A DNA stretch of 64,000 nucleotides from Candidatus Lindowbacteria bacterium RIFCSPLOWO2_12_FULL_62_27 (lineage in GTDB: Bacteria; Lindowbacteria; 2-12-FULL-62-27), in the NCBI GenBank assembly GCA_001784175.1, contig MFPR01000020.1:1-64000 (forward strand), written 5' to 3'. Within the stretch, counting starts at the first letter, position 1. Each line of letters opens with the position of its first letter. Under the pieces are notes generated by a model that did not search any database, was not told the DNA's origin, and saw nothing but the letters and a program-made list of their open reading frames with translations. Both the position numbers and the translations under genes were made by a program. Of this stretch, positions 48,958-58,466 are shown piece by piece.

Positions 48958-49004
48958 AGACTACGCAAAGGGTTTCTGACTGTCAAGGAGCGCTGTGCTA
49001 TAAT
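48958..49004. promoter_or_regulatory. back-to-back sigma70-type promoters
   Basis: Plus strand: CTGACT-N17-TATAAT with TG extension (48976-49004). Minus strand: TTGACA (48986-48981)-N17-TAGTCT (48963-48958). Confidence 0.65.
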
Positions 49005-49013
49005 GAAAGGGTC

Positions 49014-52000
49014 ATGAACCGGTGGACGGTATGGACAGGGGCGGTTCTGGCCGGCGCCGGTCTCTCCATGGGGTGGGGCGGCCGGCCGGAACCCGCATAC
49101 AGCCAATCCTCGTACTACACGAATTTTTCGTCGACGTACCCGAGCTCGTCGCTGGCGAACAGCAGTCAGTGCAATGTCTGTCATGTCAACGCGGGCGGCG
49201 GCGGCCCTCGAAACTCGTACGGCAGCCAGTGGGAGGCGAGCGACCGCACATTCACCAGCATCAACAGCTCGGACGCGGACGGAGACGCATTCAGCAACCT
49301 GACCGAGATCAACGCCGGGACGTTTCCTGGAAACTCGTCGAGCAAGCCGAACACGACGCCGGTCGCGAACGCCGGGTCGGATCAGTACAAGAAGCCGGGA
49401 CAGGTCGTGACGCTGGACGGCACCGGCTCGTCCGACGCCGACGCCAATCCGCTGACATACAGTTGGAGCCAGACGGGCGGCACGACCGTGTCGCTGTCGA
49501 GCACGACGGCCGGCCAACCGACATTCACGCCGTCGGTGGCGGACACCTACACGTTCTCGCTGACGGTGAACGACGGCACGGTCAACAGCTCCGCCGATGC
49601 GGTCGTCATCACCGTCACGTACGTGGGCCCCCAATGGTACGTGAACGACACCTACGTGTCGTCGACCGACTCCTTCACGTATGTGGGCGGCAGCGACACG
49701 TCGTACGGTCTCGGCTCGCCCGAAAACCCGCTGCGGTCGGCCGCGAAGGCTCTGATCTTCGCCAAGTCGGGCGACACGATTTACATCGACGCCGGGCTGT
49801 ATGCCGACACCTATGTGCTCGTTTCGTCCACGGAAACCGCCGCGTTCAAGATCGACACCGACAACCTCACGATCATCGGGAAGGACTCCAACGCGACGGT
49901 GATCGATCCGCCAGGGGACAATTCGACGCCGGGTCTTTACGGCATCTATGCCGACACGCAGGCGAATCTCACCGTCAAAAATATCGGCGTCACCGGCGCC
50001 TATTATGGAATCTATTTTCAAAATGTCGACGGGTCGGCCTTGACGGCCGACAGCGCCGGCGCCAACGGATACGCCGGCATTCATCTCGCGGGCGGTTCGG
50101 ACACCAACACGATATCCGCGTGCAGAGCGGATTTGAATCAACATGGAATTGTCCTCTCGGCGAGTTCGAATATTGGCGTGATCCAGAATACGCTGTCCAA
50201 CATCGGATACCAGATTTACGTGTCAGGAGGCTCCACTTCCGACACGATCAACAAGAACAATATTTATGTCTCGTCGGCCAACCCGGACAGCGGCGTTTTC
50301 AACAGCTCCGGCGCCGCCTTTGATTTTTCGCGCAACTGGTGGGATACGACGGATGAGGCGAGGATCGACCGGATGATGTACGACACCGCGTCGGCGAAGT
50401 CGATTATTTTCCGGCCGTATCGACTGGGCGTCGTCGACCCAAGCGCCGGCGGCGACACGACGGCGCCCCTGCGGCCGGCATCGATCGGGATCGACACCGG
50501 CACGGCTGGGCAGATCAAACTGACGTGGACGATCCCGACCGTGAACGAGGAGACGAATGGCGGGTCGGTGGGCTACGCGGGCGCGCGGATCTACCGGCTG
50601 GCAAACACGCCGGACACGAACCACTGGGCCAATCCGCTCAATCTGGTCCGGATCGCGTCGTCCACGGAAACGTCCTGGGCGGACACGACGGTGACCGGGG
50701 GGAACGTTTATTATTACCGGCTGACGTCGATCGACGCCGCGGCGTTCGTCAATCAGTCGTTTTTTTCAGATACGGTCGCCGGCCTGGTGGATACGACGGC
50801 AGGGCAGGTGAGCCTTTCGGCGCCGGCGTCCGGCCACGAAACGACGCAGACCTCGATCGTGGTCCAATTCTCCGCGCTGGTCGACAGCGCCGGCATCGAC
50901 AGTTATGTGGTCGAAGTCTCGAAGACGGTGGCGTTCGGGTCTCTGTTTTTTTCCGACACGATCGACGGCGCGATCACGGCGGACACGATCACGGGGTTGT
51001 ACAACGACACGCACTACTGGCGCGTCCGGGCCATCGATCTGGCCGGCAATGCCGGCGCCTATTCGGACACGCGTGGTTTCGTGGTGGACACGGCGTCGGC
51101 GCAGGTGTCGGCGTCCGCGCCGGCGGACGCGCATGAGACGACGAACACGTCGGTGGGGGTGAGCTGGTCGGCGGTTGGCGACAGCGTGGGGATCGATTCA
51201 TACGCGCTCGAGGCCGCCAAGACAAGCGCCTTCGCGTCTCTCGTGTTCGCGGACACGATCGACGGCGCGATCACGATGGATACGGTCACGGGGTTGTACA
51301 ACGACACGTACGTCTGGCACGTCCGCGCGGTGGACGATCTTGGAAACGTCGGGGCCAATTCGTCGGCGCGCGGGTTTGTGGTGGACACGGCGGCGGCGCA
51401 GGTGTCGGCGTCCGCGCCGGCGGACGGCCATGAGACGACGAACGCGCCATTGGCGGTGATCTGGTCGGCGGCCGGCGACAGCGTCGGCGTCGATTCGTAC
51501 GCGATCGAGGCCGCCAAAACAAGCGCTTTTGTGTCCCTCGTGTTCGCCGACACGATCGACGGCGCGATCACAGCGGATACGATCACGGGAGTGTACAACG
51601 ACACCTATTATTGGCGCGTGCGCGCGATCGACGATCTCGGAAATGTCGGTACAAATTCGACGACGCGCGGTTTTGTGACGGACACGCGGGTCGATACCGT
51701 CCAACTCGCGACGCCCGCCGACGGTTCGGTGACGGCGGACACGACGCCCACGTTTTCTTGGACGCAGATCGCCGACAGCGTGGGGATCGATTCGTACGCC
51801 ATCGAAGCCTCCGCGTCCCCCGCGTTCGCGACGGTCGCGTATGCCGACACGGTGGACGGGTCGCAGTCGAGCGTGACGGTCGGCGCGACGGCGTGGATCA
51901 AGAGCGACACGTACTACTGGCGCGTCCGGGCCATCGACGATCTGGCGAACGTCGGACCGCACGAGGACAGCAATGTCCTGCGGATTGACACGCTCGTGAT

Positions 52001-55000
52001 CACCGTGTCGCTCGCGGCGCCGCCGGACGGCCACGAGACAAACGCGGCGGCGTTCTGGTTCCGGTGGGATGGCGTGAACGCGGAGACGTATGCGTGGCAG
52101 TTGTCCAAGTCGGCGGGGTTCACAGCGATTTCGGACAGTGTGACAGACACGACGACCTCCACCCTTTACCGCGCGTTCACGCAGCAGGACTCATTCTTCT
52201 GGCGGGTGATCGGGAGGAATTCGAAAGGCGAGATGGATACGACCCCAGCGCGCGGATTTGTCATGGACACCCTCGCCGCACAGGTCGCGCTGTCAGCCCC
52301 GGCGGATGGATACGAAACCTCCGCCTCAGCGCCGGCCGTTTTCTGGTCGGCCGTGACCGACAGCGTGGGGATCGACAGCTATGTGGTGGAGGCCTCCAAA
52401 AGCGCTGCGTTCACGACGACGGTGTTTGTGGATACGACGGACGGGACGAATACGACCGATACGATCACGGGACTGTACAACGACACGTATTTTTGGCGCG
52501 TCCGTGCGGTCGACGAACTCGGAAACGCAGGCGCCAGTTCTTCGGCCCGCGGGTTTTTACTGGACACCGGTGTTGCGCAGGTATCGGCGTCGGCGCCTGC
52601 GGACGCGCACGAGACGACGAACACGTCGGTGGCGGTGAGCTGGTCGGCGGTCGGCGACAGCGTTGGCATCGATTCGTACGTGGTCGAGGCCGCCAAAACA
52701 GGCGGCTTCGCGGTCCTCGTGTTCACCGACACGACCGACGGCGCGGTCGCGTCCGACACAATCACCGGCCTGTACAACGACACTCATTTTTGGCGCGTGC
52801 GCGCGATCGACGATCTGGGCAACGCCGGCGCCAACTCCACGGCGCGTGGATTTCTGGTGGACACGGCCGTCGGTCAGGTCGGCGCGCTGGCCCCGGCGGA
52901 TGGACACGAGACGACGAACACGTCCGTGCTGGTTTCCGTGTCGTCCCTCAGCGACAGCGTGGGCATCGATTCATACGTGTTTGAAGTGTCGAAAGTATCC
53001 GCATTCACGGCGATTCTGTGGACCGACACTATCGACGGAGCGTTGACCGGCGATACGCTCACGGGGCTATATAACGACACATACTTCTGGCGCGCCCGCG
53101 CGATCGACGATCTGGGCAACGTCGGCGCAAACTCCACGGCGCGTGGATTTGTCGTCGACACGGCGGTCGCTGCGGTCGTGCTCTCGTCTCCCTCCAGCGG
53201 CGTCCGAACAGCGGACACGACGCCGGCGCTCTCCTGGTCGGCGGTCTCGGACAGCACCGGCATAGATTCGTATGCAGTCGAAGTTTCGGGAAGCCCGCTG
53301 TTCGCGTCGATCTCGTACGCGGCCACCGTCGACGGATCGCAGACGAGCGCAACGACGGACGCGCTGGCCGATTCGATCTATTACTGGCGCGTCCGCGCGA
53401 TCGACGATCTTGGCAACGCGGGCGCGCATTCTGATTCCCTGTCGTTCGTGATCGATTCCGGAGTGAAAGTGACGCTCGCGAATCCCGCGGCCGGCCATGA
53501 GACCACGGCGGTGTCCGTCCGGTTCGAGTGGTCGTCCCCGGACGCGGAGACCTACACGCTGCACCTGTCCCGCTCGAGCGCGTTTTCCTCCATCAGCGAC
53601 AGCGTCACGGACACGTCGGCCACGGCGGTCGTGCGGACGCTCGCCGCAAACGACAGCTATTATTGGCGGGTGGTTGGCCGGGACCGGACGGGCAACACTG
53701 ATACGGCGTCCGCCGGATTCGTGATCGACACGACGGCGGGTCAGGTATCGCTGGTGTCTCCGGCGGACGGCCACGAGACGTCGAATACAGCTATAAGCTT
53801 TAAACTTGAAGCTTTAAGCGACAGCGTGGGGATAGATTCATACGTGATTGAGTTATCGAAGTCCTCGGCGTTCGACACGATCGTATTTGCGGACACGATG
53901 GACGGCGCGCAGACGGAAGACACGATCACCGGCCTGTACAACGATACGTACTATTGGCGCGCCCGCGCCATCGACGATCTCGGCAACCTCGGCGCCAATT
54001 CCACAAGCCGGAAATTCCGCGTTGACACCAGCGCCCCCGCCGCCGGGCCCGTGTCGAAAATGGCGCTGTCCAACAACCACCAGATCGGAGACCGGAGTAC
54101 CGCGCTGTCCAAATGCTTCTCCGTGACGCTGACGGATGACACGGGAAACGCCGTCAAGGGCGAAACGGTTACCTTTTCCGTTCTTTATCCTTCCGCCGGC
54201 GGCGCGGCTCTGGCGCGCGGGACGGTTGTCTCCGACGACAGCGGTCAGGCCTGCGACACGCTGACGCTGGGAACGGTCCGGGGCCCGTACCACGTGAAGG
54301 CCGCGTCGGCGAGCAATTCGAAGCTGGCGGCGGTATTCGTCTCCTACGTCGACGGCCTGGATATTTCGCCGTCGACGTTCAAGATGATCGCGCCGGACAA
54401 AAGCCTCTCCGCGAGCGGCGTTGCCGCTCTCATTCAAGACGATCTGCCGAAATCAACGGTGGTTGAATGGAACCAGGACGCCGGCGCGAGCGCCGGCCTG
54501 AACGACTACGTGACACCGTCTTCCGTCGTTCGCGGGCGCAGCTACTGGATATACGACGCGTCCGGCGGCGCGCTGGGATTTCAGGGCACGGCCGGATTCG
54601 ACACCGTGTCGGTTTTCTTGAAAGCCGGCTGGCACCAGATCGGGTCAGGCCAGTATTTTTACGTGAGCTGGGATTCGGATGTCCGCTTCGACAGCGGCGG
54701 GACAAAGTACACGCCGGCGCAGGCCGACTCGGCCGGCCTGATTCAGAACGCGGTCTACTGGTACACGGGCGGCGGATATGCGTGGGGTCCGGACCGCGCC
54801 ACGCCGGCGATCTCGGCCGTTCAACTCAAACCCGCGATTGGCTTTTTCATTTACGCGAAACAGTCCTGCACGATGACGGTATATCCGAACCCGGCCGTTC
54901 CGGCCGAGACATCGACGCAGATCATGTCGCAGGCGCCTGTGTACCCGCCGGGCATCTGGGCGGTTCGGCTGTCTGCCTCGGCCGGGCCGTACAGCGACGC

Positions 55001-55652
55001 GCAGAACTACGTGGGCGTGAAATCGACAGGCGACGAGTCGTTGCGGTCCTCGATTTTTGATCCGCCCCCCGCGGCCGGGCCGTCGCTAAGCCTGGGAATC
55101 ATCGACGACGCGAGTGGAGATGGCGCCCGCCGAGCGGCCAGTTTTGCGGCGCCGATCACGTCCATCAAGACGTGGACGATCGTGGTCACCACGAATCTCG
55201 ATTCGCCGGTGACGGTCACATGGGAGGGTGTATCGAGCATTCCTCCGCGCTATGACGCGTATCTCATCGGCGCTCCGGCCGGTCCGGTGAATCTGCGCGA
55301 AGCGTCATCTGTGGTTTCGCAATCCAAAATGACCCTGGCGGTTGGACTGCCCGCATCGGTGTCTCCCTATCTTGCCCCTGCGCTCGATCCGGCGCAGACG
55401 TACGCGTATCCGAACCCGGGCCCGGACGCGAACCACGTGATTTATTTCAAGCACAACATCCTGACTGCGTCCGTTCGGATCAAAATCTTCGATCTCGGCG
55501 GCCGGCTGATCCGGGAACTGACCGGAACGGGCTCGCCCATCCCGTGGGACGGGACCAATCGCGCGGGTCAGCGTATCGGGTCGGGCGTCTACGTGTATGT
55601 CATCGAATCCAGCGGCGCGCGGCTCGTCGACAAGGTGGGGATCGTGCGATGA
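49014..55652 (+). CDS. giant secreted surface protein: heme-c motif, PKD-like domain, beta-helix, 11 FN3/Ig-like repeats and a FlgD/T9SS-like C-terminal domain
   Basis: Signal peptide; CNVCH at 49170-49184; PVANAGSDQ; parallel beta-helix-like GI.L repeats; YYWRVRAIDDLGN repeats; YAYPNP...IFDLGGRLIREL...WDG.N..G..IGSGVYVY. Confidence 0.85.
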   Translation: MNRWTVWTGAVLAGAGLSMGWGGRPEPAYSQSSYYTNFSSTYPSSSLANSSQCNVCHVNAGGGGPRNSYGSQWEASDRTFTSINSSDADGDAFSNLTEINAGTFPGNSSSKPNTTPVANAGSDQYKKPGQVVTLDGTGSSDADANPLTYSWSQTGGTTVSLSSTTAGQPTFTPSVADTYTFSLTVNDGTVNSSADAVVITVTYVGPQWYVNDTYVSSTDSFTYVGGSDTSYGLGSPENPLRSAAKALIFAKSGDTIYIDAGLYADTYVLVSSTETAAFKIDTDNLTIIGKDSNATVIDPPGDNSTPGLYGIYADTQANLTVKNIGVTGAYYGIYFQNVDGSALTADSAGANGYAGIHLAGGSDTNTISACRADLNQHGIVLSASSNIGVIQNTLSNIGYQIYVSGGSTSDTINKNNIYVSSANPDSGVFNSSGAAFDFSRNWWDTTDEARIDRMMYDTASAKSIIFRPYRLGVVDPSAGGDTTAPLRPASIGIDTGTAGQIKLTWTIPTVNEETNGGSVGYAGARIYRLANTPDTNHWANPLNLVRIASSTETSWADTTVTGGNVYYYRLTSIDAAAFVNQSFFSDTVAGLVDTTAGQVSLSAPASGHETTQTSIVVQFSALVDSAGIDSYVVEVSKTVAFGSLFFSDTIDGAITADTITGLYNDTHYWRVRAIDLAGNAGAYSDTRGFVVDTASAQVSASAPADAHETTNTSVGVSWSAVGDSVGIDSYALEAAKTSAFASLVFADTIDGAITMDTVTGLYNDTYVWHVRAVDDLGNVGANSSARGFVVDTAAAQVSASAPADGHETTNAPLAVIWSAAGDSVGVDSYAIEAAKTSAFVSLVFADTIDGAITADTITGVYNDTYYWRVRAIDDLGNVGTNSTTRGFVTDTRVDTVQLATPADGSVTADTTPTFSWTQIADSVGIDSYAIEASASPAFATVAYADTVDGSQSSVTVGATAWIKSDTYYWRVRAIDDLANVGPHEDSNVLRIDTLVITVSLAAPPDGHETNAAAFWFRWDGVNAETYAWQLSKSAGFTAISDSVTDTTTSTLYRAFTQQDSFFWRVIGRNSKGEMDTTPARGFVMDTLAAQVALSAPADGYETSASAPAVFWSAVTDSVGIDSYVVEASKSAAFTTTVFVDTTDGTNTTDTITGLYNDTYFWRVRAVDELGNAGASSSARGFLLDTGVAQVSASAPADAHETTNTSVAVSWSAVGDSVGIDSYVVEAAKTGGFAVLVFTDTTDGAVASDTITGLYNDTHFWRVRAIDDLGNAGANSTARGFLVDTAVGQVGALAPADGHETTNTSVLVSVSSLSDSVGIDSYVFEVSKVSAFTAILWTDTIDGALTGDTLTGLYNDTYFWRARAIDDLGNVGANSTARGFVVDTAVAAVVLSSPSSGVRTADTTPALSWSAVSDSTGIDSYAVEVSGSPLFASISYAATVDGSQTSATTDALADSIYYWRVRAIDDLGNAGAHSDSLSFVIDSGVKVTLANPAAGHETTAVSVRFEWSSPDAETYTLHLSRSSAFSSISDSVTDTSATAVVRTLAANDSYYWRVVGRDRTGNTDTASAGFVIDTTAGQVSLVSPADGHETSNTAISFKLEALSDSVGIDSYVIELSKSSAFDTIVFADTMDGAQTEDTITGLYNDTYYWRARAIDDLGNLGANSTSRKFRVDTSAPAAGPVSKMALSNNHQIGDRSTALSKCFSVTLTDDTGNAVKGETVTFSVLYPSAGGAALARGTVVSDDSGQACDTLTLGTVRGPYHVKAASASNSKLAAVFVSYVDGLDISPSTFKMIAPDKSLSASGVAALIQDDLPKSTVVEWNQDAGASAGLNDYVTPSSVVRGRSYWIYDASGGALGFQGTAGFDTVSVFLKAGWHQIGSGQYFYVSWDSDVRFDSGGTKYTPAQADSAGLIQNAVYWYTGGGYAWGPDRATPAISAVQLKPAIGFFIYAKQSCTMTVYPNPAVPAETSTQIMSQAPVYPPGIWAVRLSASAGPYSDAQNYVGVKSTGDESLRSSIFDPPPAAGPSLSLGIIDDASGDGARRAASFAAPITSIKTWTIVVTTNLDSPVTVTWEGVSSIPPRYDAYLIGAPAGPVNLREASSVVSQSKMTLAVGLPASVSPYLAPALDPAQTYAYPNPGPDANHVIYFKHNILTASVRIKIFDLGGRLIRELTGTGSPIPWDGTNRAGQRIGSGVYVYVIESSGARLVDKVGIVR
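50802..54030 (+). repeat. 11 tandem ~290-bp coding repeats with higher-order AAABC-AAABC-A periodicity
   Basis: Recurrent APADGHET...DSVGIDSY...GLYNDTYYWRVRAIDDLGN units; the B type (TADTTP) and short C type (WRVIGR/WRVVGR) recur about 1.47 kb apart. Confidence 0.9.
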
Positions 55653-57070
55653 AATCTGTGGTTGGCGTCTGCCTTTGTTTGCTCATCTTGCTTGTTTCTC
55701 CGGCCGTCGCCCAGATGTCCGCGGAGGACCTGCGGCGGGAGCGGCAGGAGACGCTGGAGGCGCTTCGCCGCACGGAGGATTTCTCCGGGAAATCTTCGTG
55801 GGTGTCCCGCGGGCTGAGCCGGGCGTCCGGCTGGCGGATGAAATTCGGCGGGGTCTATTCGCCGTCGTACACGTCGGGCGGCAACAACGATCGGGATGGG
55901 TCGATGCAGGATGCGCTCGATCACACATGGGACCAGGATGTCCGGATGTTCTTCCATCTGACCAGCCGGAGCGGGAAAACGAAGGTATACGCGCGTGTCA
56001 AGTCCACGTACGCCCGAAACGCGCGGACGGCGCCGGCGATCCGCGGCTCGGACCTCGTTGCGCCGACCTTTGACATGCTGTATCTTCAGCGCCTGTTCCA
56101 GGCCGGGGGCTGGCGGCACACCCTCACGGCGGGCCGGCAGTACGTTTCGGTTGAACGCGGGATATCGTTCGGTCTCGTGTCGGACGGCCTGCAGGTCGAG
56201 TCGAAATCGAGGGTGAACGAACTCCAGGCGTTTTTCGTCCGGCAAAATCCCGGGGACGACAACGTCGACATCCTGTCGGCCGGGGCCGGCCGGACGAAGC
56301 GGTGGTTTTATGGCGCCGAGTGGAAATTCCGGTTTTTGTCCAACCACAAGGCCGGCGTCTTCGCCGTGGGCAACGTCGACCGGAACGACGAAGCCCCGGA
56401 CGCGTCCGGCCAGCGTCATCAGCTTGATTCGTTCTACTACGGTCTTGGACTGGACGGCCGGGTCTTCGGCAACCTCAGCTACTGGGTTCTGTCGATTCAG
56501 GAGTCCGGGAGGACCTATCCGAACGGCGGGGCATCGAAGGTCAGCATTGCGGCGAGCGCGCTCGACGCGGGTGTCCGGTACTTTTTCCGCACTGCCACCG
56601 CCCCCAGCTTATATGCCGAATATGCGTCCGCCTCCGGTGACGGCGACGCGACCGGAAGCAGCAGCTCCACGCTCGGAGGAAGCGCGTCCGGAAATGACCG
56701 GCGCTTTATCGGATTTGGCGGGCTCAGCCTCGGATATGCGCTCGCGCCGCAGCTCACCAACATCGACGTCCTCAAACTCGGCATGAGCGTCAAACCGTTC
56801 GGCTGGACTGCGTCGCAGTCCTGGTCGGAGTTTTCCGTCCAGCCGACGTATTACATTTACCGGAAGGACCAGGCGTCGGGGGCGACGTCCGATCCCTACA
56901 GCACCGTCGTGTCCCGCGACTTGGGCGCCGAGTTTGACCTGACGATGGCGTGGAAAGCCGCCGTCGATATTTCGTATCAGCTCAAGTTCGGCCGGTTCAA
57001 CCCGGCGGCGGCCTATCCGAACCGCGGCACGGAAAATTACCTGCGTCTGAAGCTGACGCTGGACCTGTGA
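55649..57070 (+). CDS. outer-membrane beta-barrel, alginate-export (AlgE)-like
   Basis: Signal peptide; LTAGRQ, DGL, YASASGD and DLGAEFD motifs; terminal strand YLRLKLTLDL. Confidence 0.65.
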   Translation: MKSVVGVCLCLLILLVSPAVAQMSAEDLRRERQETLEALRRTEDFSGKSSWVSRGLSRASGWRMKFGGVYSPSYTSGGNNDRDGSMQDALDHTWDQDVRMFFHLTSRSGKTKVYARVKSTYARNARTAPAIRGSDLVAPTFDMLYLQRLFQAGGWRHTLTAGRQYVSVERGISFGLVSDGLQVESKSRVNELQAFFVRQNPGDDNVDILSAGAGRTKRWFYGAEWKFRFLSNHKAGVFAVGNVDRNDEAPDASGQRHQLDSFYYGLGLDGRVFGNLSYWVLSIQESGRTYPNGGASKVSIAASALDAGVRYFFRTATAPSLYAEYASASGDGDATGSSSSTLGGSASGNDRRFIGFGGLSLGYALAPQLTNIDVLKLGMSVKPFGWTASQSWSEFSVQPTYYIYRKDQASGATSDPYSTVVSRDLGAEFDLTMAWKAAVDISYQLKFGRFNPAAAYPNRGTENYLRLKLTLDL

Positions 57071-57555
57071 TGAAACCCGCCGGTCGTTCGCTCCTTGGGA
57101 TTCTGCTCGTTGCGTTTGCCGTCTTTCCGGTGCGGCCGGCGCAGGCCGAACCCGAATCGGCGTATTACGCGGCGCTCATGCGGAAGGAGTCGGCGACGGT
57201 GGAGGACGCCGTCCGGCTCCTTGCGCGGATGCGGGGCTACGCGGGCGAATCCGACATGCGCAGCGAGATGCGCCATCTGGATGAGAGCGGCGTTCAGTTC
57301 AAGCGTGATATCGAGGGCATACGAAATTCCGCCCTGACCGCCGGCAACGCCGCCCACCTCTTGCTTCAGGCGACCGGACTCAAGGGCGGCGTCATGTCGT
57401 GGGTGTTTCCGTCCAGCCAGCGGTACGCGCTGCGGCAGGCGATCCATCTGGGCCTTCTGCCGGAGACAACGGCCGTGGAGGACAGGCTGTCCGGCAAGGA
57501 CCTGATGGGCATGGTGAGCAAGCTGGCGCAACGGGCGCGTGGACGGTTGAAATGA
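57070..57555 (+). CDS. small exported hypothetical protein
   Basis: Signal peptide (PAQA-E); translationally coupled to both neighbours. Confidence 0.65.
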   Translation: MKPAGRSLLGILLVAFAVFPVRPAQAEPESAYYAALMRKESATVEDAVRLLARMRGYAGESDMRSEMRHLDESGVQFKRDIEGIRNSALTAGNAAHLLLQATGLKGGVMSWVFPSSQRYALRQAIHLGLLPETTAVEDRLSGKDLMGMVSKLAQRARGRLK

Positions 57556-58466
57556 GCCCTCGATTGACGGCCGCCGGTTGCGTGGTGCTGGCCGGGTTTC
57601 TGTTTGTCCATATTCCCGTGTCCTTCGCGGCGGACGTGATGGTCGGCGTATTGAAAGAGGTGCGCGGAAACGTCGAGATTCTGAAGCGCGGCGAGACCGA
57701 ATGGCGGAAGGCCCGGTCGGGCGCGGAGGTCATGCCTGGAGACAAACTTTCGACCGGGATGCAGGGCACGGCGCGGCTCGAGTATCGCAACAGCGCGATT
57801 GATATCGAGCCTCTGACGCAGTTCGTGGTCGGGCGGACGCTGGAGGACAGCGAGAAATTCTATACGGAGATGTTCCTTCAGGTGGGCAAGATCATATCGG
57901 AGGTGAATCCCAGGAGCGGGAAACAGAACAAATTCACGGTGACGACGCCGGCCGGCGTCTGCGGGATTCGCGGAAGCAAACAGGAGGTCGGCCATTTCCC
58001 GCAGACCGGGACGGAAATGCGGATGCTGGAGGGCCACGGGTTTATGGGCGCGGTCAAGCCGGAGAATCTCCCGGCGCCGGTCCAGGCGGTTCTCGGCATC
58101 GCGCCGGCGGCCGGTGGCGGGGAGGCCCCCGCGGAAAACGCGGGCCTCCTCAGCGAACAGGCGTTCGATTTCGTCTATACCGCCGGCGCCGGCCAGTCGA
58201 TCGAAGTCCGCGATATGATCGATCCGGGCGCGGTGGTGGACGCCGCTCAGGGCCTGGCGCGGGACGCCGTCGCGGATGTGACGCCGGCGGCACTGTCGGA
58301 CAAGGAGCGCGAAGCGACCCAAATCACGGCGGAACCGGTCGATGCGCCGGTCGCCGTGACAACGCGGGCTGAGCTGGCCGCGCAAGCGGACGAAGTGCGG
58401 ACGGCCACGACCACCGCCGTGACGACCTCGACGACGATCCGGTTTCCGGACCGCCCCGGTCAGTAA
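57552..58466 (+). CDS. FecR-domain exported protein
   Basis: EVRGNVEI, GDKLSTG and FTVTTPAGVCGIRGS motifs. Confidence 0.8.
   Translation: MSPRLTAAGCVVLAGFLFVHIPVSFAADVMVGVLKEVRGNVEILKRGETEWRKARSGAEVMPGDKLSTGMQGTARLEYRNSAIDIEPLTQFVVGRTLEDSEKFYTEMFLQVGKIISEVNPRSGKQNKFTVTTPAGVCGIRGSKQEVGHFPQTGTEMRMLEGHGFMGAVKPENLPAPVQAVLGIAPAAGGGEAPAENAGLLSEQAFDFVYTAGAGQSIEVRDMIDPGAVVDAAQGLARDAVADVTPAALSDKEREATQITAEPVDAPVAVTTRAELAAQADEVRTATTTAVTTSTTIRFPDRPGQ

Noticed and set aside
48951-50144. Apparent ~400-aa N-terminal extension of the M16 peptidase
   Set aside because: It is antisense to the giant surface protein, and a promoter sits immediately before the ATG at 48950.
50802-54030. Tandem repeats as a CRISPR or non-coding array
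   Set aside because: They are in-frame ~97-aa protein domain repeats with synonymous divergence.
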